Under the pieces are notes generated by a model. That model saw nothing but the letters and a program-made list of their open reading frames with translations, made no database searches and was not told where the DNA came from. 64,000 bases of DNA. Source: Octopus sinensis (Eukaryota). Location: contig NC_043001.1 in the NCBI RefSeq assembly GCF_006345805.1, positions 97,278,001 through 97,342,000 on the forward strand. The letters run 5' to 3'. The position numbers and the translations under genes were made by a program. Below are positions 26,824 to 40,634 of the stretch, one piece after another. The number at the start of each line of letters is the position of its first letter. Position 1 is the first letter of the stretch.

Positions 26824-29176
26824 TATAAAATATTATTCGAGACAAAACCAAACCACTATTTTGCAAAACAAACAAGGAAAGACTTAATCAATACATAAAT
26901 TTTAATAAATAGTCAAAAAAACCGCCACTACAATCGTTTCTTGTCTTGATCGACAATCTTCAGGTGGACTTCCAATCTAAAAAAATCATATTTTAAAATA
27001 ATAATAATTTTAAGATAATTAAAGTATGAATGAAAAATATAAGTATATAATCCATATATAACCTATCTATAATCCATATATAATCAATAATAAACAATAT
27101 ATAAACTAAAAAAACCTATCAACAATTAAATATAAAATATAAAATATAAAATATAAAATATAAAATATAAAATATAAAACAAAACAAAATAATAATAATA
27201 ATAATAATAATATAATATTAAACTATATATACACCCATACGCATATACCTAATTATATATAACCATATCTAACTACATACACTAAATCACACACCTATAT
27301 ATATATCCCTATACATACACATAAAAATGTCTAGGCAACTATAAATAATAAAATAGCTAAATACTTCAACACAATACTTATTCATACTCCCACACACCAC
27401 ACCTACAACCCACATTCACGCTCTAGAAAATGGACATCACTCAAAACTATGAACGAGAAATAGAATAATGGAATTAAAAATTATATTCACTTGGTAAAAC
27501 GAACACTACTTAAAAATTATGAATGAAACAATGCAATAAAACAACAGACATCGCAAATAGACACAATTACTACTACAATTCCTTATCAAACCTACCATGA
27601 TAACCAAAACTCATAAAAACATATAATGATAAAATCTCCCTTTACTAAACTCTATAACAAACCTATATAGCAATCCCCCTAACCTAAACATTCACACACA
27701 AATACACACACGTAAACCACACACCCCCGACATATACAAATACCCACCCACATACACACATACCTACATACATATAACCTCAACATATACTCCAAAAACC
27801 CACTCAACCCCCACAAGACAAATAAACACAAAAGTTATAATGGATTCTTTTATAAAACTACCATGATAAGCTAAAACTCACAAAACAGAAATGATAACCT
27901 CCCTTTACTAAACACTAAAACATACTTATATAGCAATTCCTTTAACCTATACTTCACACCAAAACCACTCGTAAACCACACACCCATAACAAATACAAAC
28001 TCCCCCCCCACTCACACACACCCACAAGTACATATAAGCCTCACATATACACCAAACAAAATTACTTACCAAGGAACTTAACATATATAAAAAAAGTATA
28101 ACCGCTCTGGAACGAACATCTCTAAATTAATGAATGGAGAATGGAATAAATGGAATTAAAAATAAAATTCACGTGGCAAAACGAACACCACTCAAAAATT
28201 ATGAATGAAACAATGTAATAAAACAACCAACATCGAAAATAGACAAATTACAACGAATTCCCTAAAAAAAAAAAACCATGATAAACCAAAACTCCTAAAA
28301 ACATATAACGATAAATCTCCCTTTGCTAAACTCTATAACAAACCTATATAGCAATCTCCCTAACCTAAACATTCACACACAAATACACACTCGTAAACCA
28401 CAGACCCACGACTTATACACATACCTATACTAACTTATAACCTCATATACAACCAAAACCACTCCCTCCCACACAGACAAATTAACACATACATCCCAAA
28501 ACCTAAATAACAAACCCATATACACATTCACACAAACACACACACCGCAAAACACACACACCCAACAGATACATATACTCCCTCACATATACGCATATAC
28601 ATACTCACTAAACTCGATATATACAACAATATTTACACACCCACACTCATACAGATAAATAAATTATACAACTAAAAACTCGCACACAATCTCTTATACA
28701 TAAACACACCTATGAAAACAACATTAAATACATCGTAATTAACCAGAATATCAAAAATAACAATATGACATAAGATAAATAAAATACATACTTACAATTC
28801 AGTGTCAAATTATGAAGTGAAATTAAATTCTTAGCCGTTAAAAAAATCAAACCAAAATTACGTTACCATAGAAATAACTTATGTAAAAAAAGAATACGCG
28901 TCATGGAAAGTAAACGTCATTTAAATTATGAATGGAGAAATAGAAAAATGGAACTAAATTTTGGTGTATATTGAGGTTTATAAATTAGAAACAATTGTAG
29001 TGGCGGTTTTTTTGACTATTTATTAAAATTTATGTATTGATTAAGTCTTTCCTTGTTTGTTTTGCAAAATAGTGGTTTTGTCTCGAATAATATTTTATAA
29101 TATTTTACTATAAAATCGATTTAATCCTAAATCTGATTTTTTCCCTGTAAATTTGGATTTATTCCCTAATATTTAT

Positions 29177-29180
<4 letters not shown>
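26824..29180 (+). mobile_element. Family B fold-back element 1: long inverted part, short sense arm 28987-29099, tail 29100-29180
   Basis: 26824-~26941 is the reverse complement of 28987-29099; internal degenerate CA-rich subrepeats; (TA)n on both sides; homologous to 30928-35179. Confidence 0.85.
26925..26967 (-). ncRNA. Hammerhead ribozyme motif, family B
   Basis: Minus strand: ccac-CTGAAGA-ttgtc-gatcaa-gacaa-GAAA-C-gatt-GTA-gtgg. Confidence 0.8.
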
Positions 29181-29255
<75 letters not shown>

Positions 29256-29257
29256 GG

Positions 29258-29306
29258 AGCTTCTACAGGACTAGTACTGTTTCATTCAAGAGAATCTTCA
29301 GGAAGC
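29258..29306 (-). ncRNA. Hammerhead ribozyme motif, family D (inverted copy)
   Basis: Minus strand: gcttc-CTGAAGA-ttctcttgaat-GAAA-cag-tactagtc-ctGTA-gaagc. Confidence 0.7.
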
Positions 29307-29310
29307 CCTG

Positions 29311-29361
29311 AGCTTCCTGAAGATTTCTCTTGAATGAAACAGTACTAGTCCTGTAGAAGCT
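29311..29361 (+). ncRNA. Hammerhead ribozyme motif, family D
   Basis: agcttc-CTGAAGA(29317)-tttc tctt gaat-GAAA(29336)-cag tactagtc ct-GTA(29353)-gaagct; 6-bp stem I, 4-bp stem III, short stem II with a U-U closing mismatch. Confidence 0.75.
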
Positions 29362-29444
29362 CCTTCTATATAATAAATTAATTTTACTCTGCTATGTATT
29401 GAGTACCTTACTTACTGTGGTTAACCCCGGATCAACCCGGGACC

Positions 29445-29480
<36 letters not shown>

Positions 29481-30672
29481 CACACACACAGATATATATA
29501 TATATATAGAGAGAGAGAGGTGCAAATGAGAGTAGCTGTATCAAACTCCATTCTTCACCAAGTGCCACATATTAGACGAGGTTCGTCGTAATAACAGCAT
29601 AGAACAAAACGGCGGTGCATCAGCATGGCCGCAGCTCGGAGCTAAAACTAGAAAAAAAAAAATATATATATGAATGTAGATATTGTAAAGCGTACCGAGG
29701 AAAATTTATAAACTTATTAAAATCGTTTGTGCGTGTGAAAACACACGCTCTCACTGAGCTACAGACAACTACCTATGCATGTATGTGTCCGCATATACGC
29801 ACAAACACACTAATACAGATGCTGATACACACATACGCAAACACCCAAACGCACAAACATACACACTCATATGTTCTTTAGTCTTGAAATTGTTGTTCGG
29901 TCTAAGACTGTGTATATGTGTTTAGCTTAGTTTTTGTTAGTTTCACTATTCAATGAGTGAGTATATACGTTTTACTTCCCGTGTTTGTTGATGAATTATA
30001 GATAAATCTAAAGGAATTACATCGACATGAGTGGCGTTTCATTATCAATGTCTCAGAGTTTTGAATTATTCGGTAACGTCCAGTATATCAGACGGAAAAT
30101 ATTGCTTGATGAAGTTAAAAAAAAAAGATTTTCTAACATTACAAAAACAAAAAAGAAAACAGCAAAAATACCCACATATTAGTAAACAAAGTATTTTTTA
30201 AAAGTAACATTAAATAAAATTACCCCTACAAAAAGAAAGGAAAAATAAATAGAACTAATATATATCAAGCGACAAGCAGACAGACAAATACGTTGTAGAC
30301 AAAAGCGATGAGACCTGGAGTGATGCCAAATTGAAAATACAGCGAAATGGTGAAGGATGAAAATAATTAGGACTATGTTGAAAATGTTTCGTTAAATTGA
30401 ATGATTTTTCTGAAAAGAAACGAAAACATAGAAAAATGTAATTGGAAATCAATGACGAAGACACTTTTCATGCATGGGTTCATGATTTTCTATATATCGT
30501 GTTAGTCTATTTGGTCAGTTCATAATCAGTCTAGAATCAGTTTAAGAGATTTAAGGTTTAGAATAATGTGTGATAATGATGTACACATGCCTTCTGAAAA
30601 CAACGTGTTATTTGTCTATTCGTAGTCAATGCTACGTAGTAATATATTTGAAGATAATATGTATATATACAT

Positions 30673-30714
<42 letters not shown>

Positions 30715-30823
30715 GTATACATATATACATATATACATATATATACATATATACATATATATAAACATATATATATATATATATACATATATATACATAT
30801 ATATATATACATATATATAAACA

Positions 30824-30858
<35 letters not shown>

Positions 30859-31112
30859 GTATACATATAGATAGATATATAAACATATATATATGTATGT
30901 ATATATACATATATATATACATATATAATAATAATAATAAATATTAGGGAATAAATCCAAATTTACAGGGAAAAAAATCAGATTTAGGATTAAATCCAAT
31001 TTTATAGTAAAATATTATAAAATATTATTAGAGACAAAACCACTATTTTGCAAAACAAACAAGGAAAGACTTAATCAATACATAAAATTTTAATAAATAG
31101 TCAAAAAAACCG

Positions 31113-31155
31113 CCACTACAATTGTTTCTTGTCTTGATCGACAATCTTCAGGTGG
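31113..31155 (-). ncRNA. Hammerhead ribozyme motif, family B
   Basis: Reverse complement of 35044-35086. Confidence 0.82.
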
Positions 31156-34100
31156 ACTTCCAATCTAAAATATCAATATTTTAAAATATAAAAATAATAA
31201 TTTTAAAATAATTAAAGTATTAATGAAAAATATAAATATATAATCCATATATAACCTATATATAATCCATATATAATCAATATATAAACAATATATAAAC
31301 TAAAATAAACCTATCAACAATTAAATATAAAATATAAAATATAAAATATAAAATATAAAACAAAACAAAAAAATACTAATAATATAATAATAAACTATAT
31401 ATACACCCATACACATATAACTAATTATATATAACCATATCTAACTACATACACTAAATCACACACCTATATATATATCCCTATACATACACATAAAAAC
31501 GTCTAGGCAACTATAAATAAATAAAATAGCTAAATACTTCAACACAATACTTATTCATACTCCCACCACGGACAAATAAACACATACATCCCCAAAAATT
31601 GGGCGCAATCCCACTCACACCAATCATATATGTATACAATTATACACACAAGAATAATACATTACTAACCCAAATATACAGAACATACCAAAAATCACCA
31701 ACAAACCACCATCACAAATGAAACCCACACCCATACAATGACAACCCCCCCCCTCCATACCCAATTTACACCCACATAGCAATCCCCATATATTCATCCA
31801 TACACGGACGCACGTGCGTGAAGCACATGCACACAACAAATACGTACAACCCCCCCAATACACACTCATATACATACGTATTAAGCTCGACATCCACAGC
31901 AATACGCTTACACCCACTCACACCCAGATGGGTGAACTGCACAACAAAGGAACGCACACACACACGTGTGCTTATTTTGATTGTGCACTTCGCCCATCAG
32001 CATGTATGCGGGCGTGATTACACCGTTGCACATATCGAGCCCAACTAGCATGCACATGTACATGTGAGTGGGTACACGCACATGCCGTGCGCGTGTACCC
32101 CCCGCATTTATACCCGTGCGTGAATATACACATGGAGACTACCACACAGGTACAAATGTGTATAGTAAAGGGAGCCCCATCACTACACTCAATGTATACT
32201 CTCACCCATCCGCACGGATGTGAAAGCGAATCACCGGTGTATATATTGAGGCTAATACGTAGCGTTGTGGAGGCGAACGTCGTTTAAATTGTGAATGAAT
32301 GGGTGGAGTTGGGAATTGTAACCGGGTGGTGGGCTAGCGTTGCTTAGAATTGGGAATGGAATAGTGTAGTAGAATCGCAGGCATCGAGAATAGACTTGGG
32401 TTACTGCAAATTGTTTGTTAGAGCTGCCAAGATGAGATAAAGCTCATAAATGTATATAATAATTTATCATGGTAGTTTTATTAAAGAATCCATTCATAAT
32501 AAATTTTTTTAAGTAGTGTTGGTTTGCGACGTGGATATAGTTTTTAGGTCCATTTATTCTATTTCTCCATTCATAATTTTAAATGACGTTTACTTTCCAT
32601 GGCGCGTATTCTTTTTATACATAAGTTATATTTCTATGGTAACGTAATTTTGGTTTGATTTTTTTAACGGCTTAGAATTTAATTTCACTTCATAATTTGA
32701 AACTGACTTGTAAGTATGTATTTTATTTCTCCTTATGTCATATTGTTATTTTTGATATTCTGGTTAATTACGATGTATTTAATGTTGTTTTTCATTGGAG
32801 TGTTTATGTATATGAGATTGTGTGTGAGTTTTTAGTTGTATAATTTATTTATCTGTATGAGTGTGGGTGTGTAAATATTGTTGTATATATCGTGTTTAGT
32901 GAGTATGTATATGCGTATATGTGAGGGAGTATATGTATCTGTTGTGTGTGTGTGTTTTGCGTGTGTGTGTGTTTGTGTGTGAATGTGTATATGGGTTTGT
33001 TATATAGGTTTGGGGATGTATGTGTTAATTTGTCTGTGTGGGGAGGGAGTGGGTTTTTGGTGTATATTGAGGTTTATAAGTTAGTATAAGTATGTGTGAG
33101 TGAGGTGGGTATTTGTATAAGTCGTGGGTCTGTGGTTTACGTGTGTGTATTTGTGTGTGAATGTTTAGGTTAGGGGGATTGCTATATAGGTTTGTTATAG
33201 AGATTAGCAAAGGGAGATTTTATCGTTATATGTTTTTAAGAGTTTTGGTTTATCATGGTTTTTTTAGGGAATTCGTGGTAATTTGTCTATTTTCGATGTT
33301 TGTTGTTTTATTACATTGTTTCATTCATAATTTTTGAGTGGTGTTCGTTTTGCCACGTGAATATTATTTTTAATTCCATTTATTCCATTTCTCCATTCAT
33401 AATTTTAAAAGATGTTCGTTTACAGAGCGGTAATACTTTTTATACATATGTTAAGTTCCTTGGTAACGTAATTTTGTTTGGTGTATATGTTGAGGCTTAT
33501 ATGTACTTGTGGGTGTGTGTGAGTGGGGTGGGTGATTGTATTTGTTATGGGTGTGTGGTTTACGTGTGTGTATTTGTGTGTGAATGTATAGGTTAAAGGG
33601 ATTGCTATATAAGTATGTTATAGTGTTTAGTAAAGGGAGGTTTTATCATTTATATTTTTGTGAGTTTTAGTTTATCATGGTAGTTTTATAAAAGAATCCA
33701 TTCATAATATTTTAAAAATAATGTTGGTTTACCGCGTGTATATAATTTTTAATTCCATTTATTCTATTTCTCCATTCATAATTTTAAGTGAGGTTTGCTT
33801 CCATAGAGCGTATTTTTTTTTATACATAAGTTATGCTCCTATGGTAACGTAATTTGGTTTGATGGTTTTAACGGATTAGAATTTAATTTCACTTCATAAT
33901 TTGAAACTGACTTGAAAGTATGTATATTATTTCTCCTTATGTCATATTATTATTTTTGATATTCTGGTTACTTACGATGTATTTTATATATCGTATTATG
34001 TGTAATAATGTTGTTTTTCTTTGGAGTGTTTATGTATGTGGGATTGTGTGTGAGTGTGTGCGTATTTTGGTTGTGTAGTTTGTTTATCTGTATGAATGTG

Positions 34101-35043
34101 GGTGTGTTAATATTGTTGTATATGTCGAGTTTGTGTGAGTATGTATATGTATATGGTGTGTGTTTTACGTATGTATATTTGTGTGTGAATGTGTTTATGG
34201 GTTTGCTATTTAGGTTTGGGGATGTATGTGTTTATTTGTCTGTGTGGGGTTGAGTGGGTTTTTGGAGTATATGTTGAGGTTTATATGTATGTATAGGTAT
34301 GTGTAAGTGTGGTGGGTATTTGTATATGTCGTGGGTGTGTGGTTTACGTGTGTGTATTTGTGTGTGAATGTTTAGGTTAGGGGGATTGCTATATAGGTAT
34401 GTTATAGAGTTTAGTAAAGGGAGATTTTATCATTATATGTTTTTATGAGTTTTGGTTTATCATGGTAGGTTTGTTAAGGAATTCGTAGTAATTTGTGTCT
34501 ATTTGCGATGTCTGTTGTTTTATTGCATTGTTTCATTCATAATTTTTAAGTAGTGTTCGTTTTACCAAGTGAATATAATTTTTAATTCCAATTATTCCAT
34601 TCTCCGTTCATAATTTTAAGTGATATCCGTTTCCAGAGCGGGATTGTGGGTTGTATGTGTGTGTGTGGGAGTATGAATAAGTATTGTGTTCAAGTATTTA
34701 GCAATTTTATTTATTTATAGTTGCCTAGACGTTTTTATGTGTATGTATAGGGATATATAATAGGTGTGTGATTTAGTGTATGTAGTTAGATATGGTTATA
34801 TATAATTAGTTATATGTGTAGGGTGTATATATAGTTTATTATTATATTATATTATTTTTTTGTTTTGTTTTATATTTTATATTTTATATTTTATATTTTA
34901 TATTTAATTGTTGATAGTTTATTTTAGTTTATATATTGTTATATATTGATTATATATGGATTATATATTTATATTTTTCATTAATACTTTAATTATTTTA
35001 AAATTATTATTTTTATATTTTAAAATATTGATAGATTGGAAGT

Positions 35044-35086
35044 CCACCTGAAGATTGTCGATCAAGACAAGAAACAATTGTAGTGG
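35044..35086 (+). ncRNA. Compact type I hammerhead ribozyme motif, family B
   Basis: ccac-CTGAAGA(35048)-ttgtc-gatcaa-gacaa-GAAA(35071)-C-aatt-GTA-gtgg; ACAATTGT palindrome in stem III; predicted cleavage after 35082. Confidence 0.85.
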
Positions 35087-35417
35087 CGGTTTTTGACTAT
35101 TTATAAAAATTTTATGTATTGATTAAGTCTTTCCTTGTTGGTTTTGCAAAATAGTGGTTTTGTCTCTATAATATTTTATATACAATATATTATAACATTT
35201 ATATATATATATATATCAATATATAACATATATATACATTATAATATATATTATACATACATATATATATAAATATATATATACATAAATATATATACAT
35301 ACATATATATATATATACATATATAAAAATAACTATATATTCATATATATATATACATATATATATATACATAAATATATATACATACATATATATATAT
35401 ACATATATATATATATA

Positions 35418-35514
<97 letters not shown>

Positions 35515-35655
35515 ATATATATAAATATATATACTAGCAGCATAGCCCGGCGTTGCCCGGGTATGTAAGAGCCCCTAGTAGGCAACGACTAATCCCAATG
35601 TAGTCCTTTCCCTCCAGGGAACGAAGGTGCATGTGGACGTTGCAATGTCTTGTCT

Positions 35656-38600
35656 TCACTGGAATACTTCTGTATATACGATGTTCCTAGCTGTCCGTTT
35701 GGGCGGAAACATGAAAACATCATTGCGCCTCCCAACGCGTGAACAGCCCACGTAGAGTTGACCGTGGGCGAAGCACTGTTCGCCCAAATGTAACCCAGCG
35801 ACTTGTAGCGTTTGGCCTTGGGATTTATTGATGGACATTGCGAAGCAGAGTTTAACAGGAAACTGAGAACGCCTTGAATTGGAGTAGGTCAGCGCCCGAC
35901 GGTTGAAGGTGCATCCGTGGAATGAAGACGTCCTCTCCCTTCCCACAACCGGTAAGTATTGTGGCCGTTATTAAATGTGGTGCCAAATGTTTCACAACCA
36001 AACGTGTGCCGTTGCACTGTTTAGGTGGAACCAAATTCCTGATGAGCATAATGGGCGCACCGACTTTTAACTTCAGGATGTGTGGTGGCAGGCCTGGCGG
36101 TTCAAGTGAATTCAGGAATTCAACAGGATAATCGGCAAGCTGGGCGGGGTCTGCTGTCCTATCTATAGATTTGTAGACGTGGACATCACCAGGAATAGCT
36201 TCAAGTAGCTGGATATTGATGGAGTTGACGGTTGTATTTTGGGGTGCGAGAATAGCTCTGCCTGCCAGCCATTTTAGGTCGCGTAAATTGTTTTGTAGGT
36301 CGTGGAAGACAGCGTCCGGAGGCTAGCAGGGGTGTCGACAATGGTGCAAAGTGAGTCCAATTGAACGTAGCCATCCGCATCAGACAGCATCCTATTTTCA
36401 CCGAGCGATAAGAGGTCCCTGGAGAATGCAGCGGATCCGCTGTCACCAATTAACTGCGCGCGCATGTTAGTTTGGAGGTGCAAGGGCCGCACATGTGCCC
36501 AAAGAGCTGACGACTTAAGGCACGCGCGCACGGCATCGGCACGGGTTCCTTTTGGAATAACAGGTAGAGTCTGCCTGAAGTCTCCTGAAAGAAGTAAAGT
36601 TAATCCTCCCATGGGGGCCGTAGAGTCTTGCAGGGACCTGTCCAGTGCCTCAAGGGCGCCTTTGTGTGCCATAGTGCACTCGTCCCATACGATGAGTTTG
36701 CATCTGCGCAGAATGTCGGCCTGTTCTGAGTTCTTGGCGATGTTGCAGATAGGTGACTCGGACTTTGCCAGATCGAGCGGGAGTCTGAAGGCAGAGTGGG
36801 CGGTTCTGCCACCCGGAAGCAACGTGGCCGCGATACCAGAGGAAGCTACAGCCAGGACAATGTCCGTGTTGCGTCTGACCTCTGCCAGAATTAGTTTAGT
36901 GACGAAGGTTTTGCCAGTGCCGCCGGGTGCATCAAGGAAGAAAATTCCCCCCACGTTGCTGTCTGACAGAGTTTACGATGGTGTTGTAGGCTATGCGCTG
37001 GTCTGGAAGCAGCCGTGGTTCATTATCTTGGACGTACTGGTGCAGTTCCTCAATGCAGTAGGAAGTTTCGCGTAACAATTCAGCAGACATAACATTGGCG
37101 TGTTCACGTGTGGGTGGTGGAAGGCCGTACTCTGTTAAAGCAGACCCACCCATATCGATGACAGCGTCTTCGAGTTGAATGAGCGCAAAATTGTAAATGA
37201 AGTTGGTGAACGTGATCTCGGCGGAAGGGCAGTGTTGCTGAGCCGTACGTAAGAAGTCGTGCGACATGTCATCCCTGTATTTCATCCAGAGACTTAGTGG
37301 ATCACTAAGCTGACATTTTTGAAGAAGGATTGCGAAAAGATGTCGTAGGGCCGAATGCGTTTGCAGTAAAGCACCCTCTGCCATCGTGGCGTCCCACTGG
37401 GAGTCATCCTCTAGAAGGCCAAGTCTCATACATGCTTCCCTGAAGGTGTCGCACAGAACCCCATTGACGGTACGTATATTGGCGAAACCTGTTGGACCAG
37501 TGACCTCATGTAGAAGGAGACGGAGGTAGAAGCATTCTTGCTGGTTTGGCGGGATGTTGTAAACTCGACCCAGGCAGGAGTCAAACTTGACGCCTGGGAA
37601 GCTTTCGACGTTTTTGCCGGATTTCCGTCGAACCCAGGTGTTTTTAGACCACACGAAGTACGATGGGACCTGTGGGTACAAAAGCGTTCGAGCGAAGTCA
37701 TCACGTTGGCATAATTTGAAGAAACCAGTCAACGTTGTGTCTTTAGGGCTGGTGGCTATCTGCACAGCACTTTGCTCTGTGAAGTAAATCTGCTGTCCAT
37801 TTTCCAAGTGTACAGCAAGCTGCACCACAGCCGGGTGTCTCTGATGGAGCGGGAAGCCGTAAATGCGCCAAAACGCTTCGTTGCTGCTGAGGTACCGGCC
37901 AGCCAAGTAGTTGGACACTTCGTCGCGACTGGTGGTCCTCTGGATGCTGAACATGGCAGCATCGCTGCCTTTGTTGATATATTTGCAGACATATTGTATT
38001 GACCTGATGGAGCTGCAGAACTCAACGTTGACGTGGGCTTTGAATATCTTCGACAGGAGAGGACAGTAGGGGACAATGTAGCTGTTGTCCACTTGATGTC
38101 GCCCAACCGTAATCGTGCGGCCTCCATTGGCTGGACTCCTTCGTTTGTACAGCGGATACCCATCGCCGCCTGTTTGAGTCTCCAAAGTGAACCGTTTAGG
38201 GAATCCCTTTGAGCAGGCTAATCCGTTTTTGTAGCATGGTGTGTTGGCGTAATTTGGTCCACAGGGCCCGTGTACCATGGTAGTGCGGACAATTTCGTAG
38301 AGTCCGGGGTCCTCATCGGGGTCAGGAATCTCGGCGGAAATGAATTTGTCAATGTCATTAGTCTCGATTTTATGAGTGAGCCAAATTAAGATGTGAGCAT
38401 GTGGCAAGCCCCTCTTTTGCCACTCGACCGAAAACATGTGGCACCTGACATGCCCGAAAATCTGACTCTTAACTATCAAATCCTTCATTTTGCCCAAATT
38501 CAGACGGAAAACCCTAGCAACGATGTCGTGTCGATGGGTGTGAGATTGACCCGGGAGGAGTTCGCGAGTGATTTCGTCGCAGCTGGGATTGCACGTGTAG

Positions 38601-40514
38601 GTGATAAAGAGGTCCGGCCGGCCGTAAATGCGCACGTAGGTCAAGGCGTCTTGGGTCCTTTCACGCATATATCGCGGTCCTCCCGTGAAGGTGGAGGGTA
38701 GAATGCATGGCTTGCCGATGTTGCGAGGGTCATTTTCTTGTTGCAAACCGTCACGGAGATGAATGTAGGAGTCGGAGCGAAGTTTGGTCTGATTAAGTTT
38801 AATGTATAGCAGCCTTTCCGATTCCATTTTTGCGGCCATATCGACGGCGAACTGGTTGAATAGCTGACGACAACGGGGCAATAAGTTGAACTCACCCTCC
38901 CTGACCATGAACCGGTATGAGTAGAACGCCCTGCAGGAAACCGTCTTTGATGCCGCAGTAGTTTGATTGGAGGGCTGCCGTAAAGGAATTCCGAAGTGGT
39001 AGCCGTCTTCCCCATAAGGGAAAAGCAATGGATAGTGAAGCGCGTCATAAGATCTGTGAGTCTCGCTGATCCTGTGTAGGTTGTTACCACGGGAGGAGAT
39101 GATTATGTCACGGCTGTTGTGTTGCTCTCCGTGTATAACTGCGGCAATTTCGTTGCACGCAGGTGCGTTGAAACGGCGTTCGTGCTCCCCGTGGGGTCGT
39201 TTATCAGCATCAATGACAACGGTGAAGTTTGGAGATGGAGCACTGTCCAAGGCATATCTGAAGCTGCAGACGTAGCTGTTGATATCATGAAGCATGTTTG
39301 GAGACGGAGAAGAATGTCTTTGCGGGGAACATAGCTTGTACCCGGTATTATTCCAAGGCGTGCATCAACCTGGTGGTTGTAGTCGGCAATGAAGTATATT
39401 TGGAGGAAAGAAGACTGCTGAATCTCGTCTGGCAGAAGTGACCCAATAAGATGGTAGACCTGTCCCTGCACTTTGAAAGTAGGCATCCAGCCTTCTCTGG
39501 GAGGAATTTTGGCCCCAAAAGAGGTCATTTGGAATGAGCAGTTGTACTTTCGAATTATTTCAAGGAATTGTGACGAATCGGGGGTTAAACCCGCCGCGAG
39601 ATCCTTCAGTGGTTGAGGTGGTTCCCGTAGGGGTGGCAGGTCCACTTTGCCACCAGAGCAGCACAAACCAGGTGGCTCTCCGGGCCATTTCTTGGCTTTG
39701 CAAAACTGGCATACAATTGTCATTGACCCTATCTTGATGTCGTCACGCAAGGAGAAGTTAATTGTGGCGTCGTAGTTGAATGCTAGTGACAACCAGAAAG
39801 CGGGGGCAGGGGTACGTACACCACGAATGATATCCCGACGTTTGTTGATACTCTCAAGTCGAGTGCACCGTGCCTCAGCAGATTCAGATGCACGTGCGAC
39901 AGCGGTAGCAGTGGCATCCTTGAAAGCCTTTCAGCTCTCGCCTCAGCACCCTCTGAAGCCCTAGCAGAAGCAGTGTTAATGGCATGTCTGGATGTCCGAA
40001 TAGTCCGTTGGTGTGGAGTTTCGGCAGATCGAGCCCTGGCTGTGTTTGCGGCGTTAGCAGCTTGGCGAGCTCTCCTCTGTTGAGGTGTTTCGGCAGCTTT
40101 GGCCATGGCTTTGTTTGCGGCGTCAGCATCTTGGCGAGTTCTCCTCTGCTGTGAGGTTTCGACAGATCGTGTCCTGGCAGTGCTAGTGGCGTTAGCCGCA
40201 TTCCGAATGGCCCTTTGTTCGGGGTTCTCGCGAGCTCTGCGGATGGAAGCACAGTAAGAAGCCCGCATGTTTTGGCTGGACTGTTGCTCTTTCGTCAACC
40301 TCGAGCGGAGGGAAGATCTGTACGCTGCGACCCTTGCAAGTCGGGTAGAACGGTCGCTAGTAGTTTCAGATGCCTGAGCAGCGGCATAACGGGAAGCTGT
40401 TTGCGAGAGGCGCAAGGCGGTTTCCTCGTGGGTCTCGCGTGCCCTTCTAGCCCTAGCAGCCGATGCCTTGGCCGTCCGAGGGCTGAGGAGGGTCCTTCTC
40501 TTCTTGGGTGGCAT
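35656..40514 (-). pseudogene. Helitron RepHel (HUH Rep + PIF1-like SF1 helicase), split by several frameshifts
   Basis: Start MPPKKRR (ATG 40514). Rep motifs PDLFITYTCNP, VEWQKRGLPHAHILI, YVCKYINKG. Helicase motifs DAPGGTGKT, IVWDEC, GDFRQTLPV, QFPVKLCFAMSINKSQGQTL, HGQLYVGCSRV. Spread over overlapping ORFs 39783-40670, 39103-39792, 36932-39295, 36274-36954, 35852-36049 and 35656-35946. Confidence 0.93.
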
Positions 40515-40634
40515 TTTGGTGGATAGCAATGTGTTTGGCAAAGGTGTAATAAAAAGGAACACGTGGGGTAAGTATTTTGGTGGATAGCAATGTGTTTGGT
40601 AAAGGTGTAATAAAAAGGAGCTCGTGGGGTAAGT
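40513..40634. repeat. 61-bp direct repeat x2 just upstream of the RepHel start
   Basis: ATTTTGGTGGATAGCAATGTGTTTGG.AAAGGTGTAATAAAAAGGA.C.CGTGGGGTAAGT at 40513 and 40574. Confidence 0.9.

Larger units (their letters stand above)
29251..29446 (+). mobile_element. Family D miniature fold-back element: two inverted HHRs plus 76-bp tail, in (TA)n
   Basis: 29251-29306 is the reverse complement of 29312-29368, spacer CCTGA; tail 29371-29446 ends ACCTA before (TA)n. Confidence 0.85.
30928..35179 (-). mobile_element. Family B fold-back element 2 (tail on the left, 30928-31015)
   Basis: 31016-31565 is the reverse complement of ~34665-35179; ~32500-35179 is the reverse complement of element 1 with a different subrepeat count; (TA)n on both sides. 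Confidence 0.85.
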
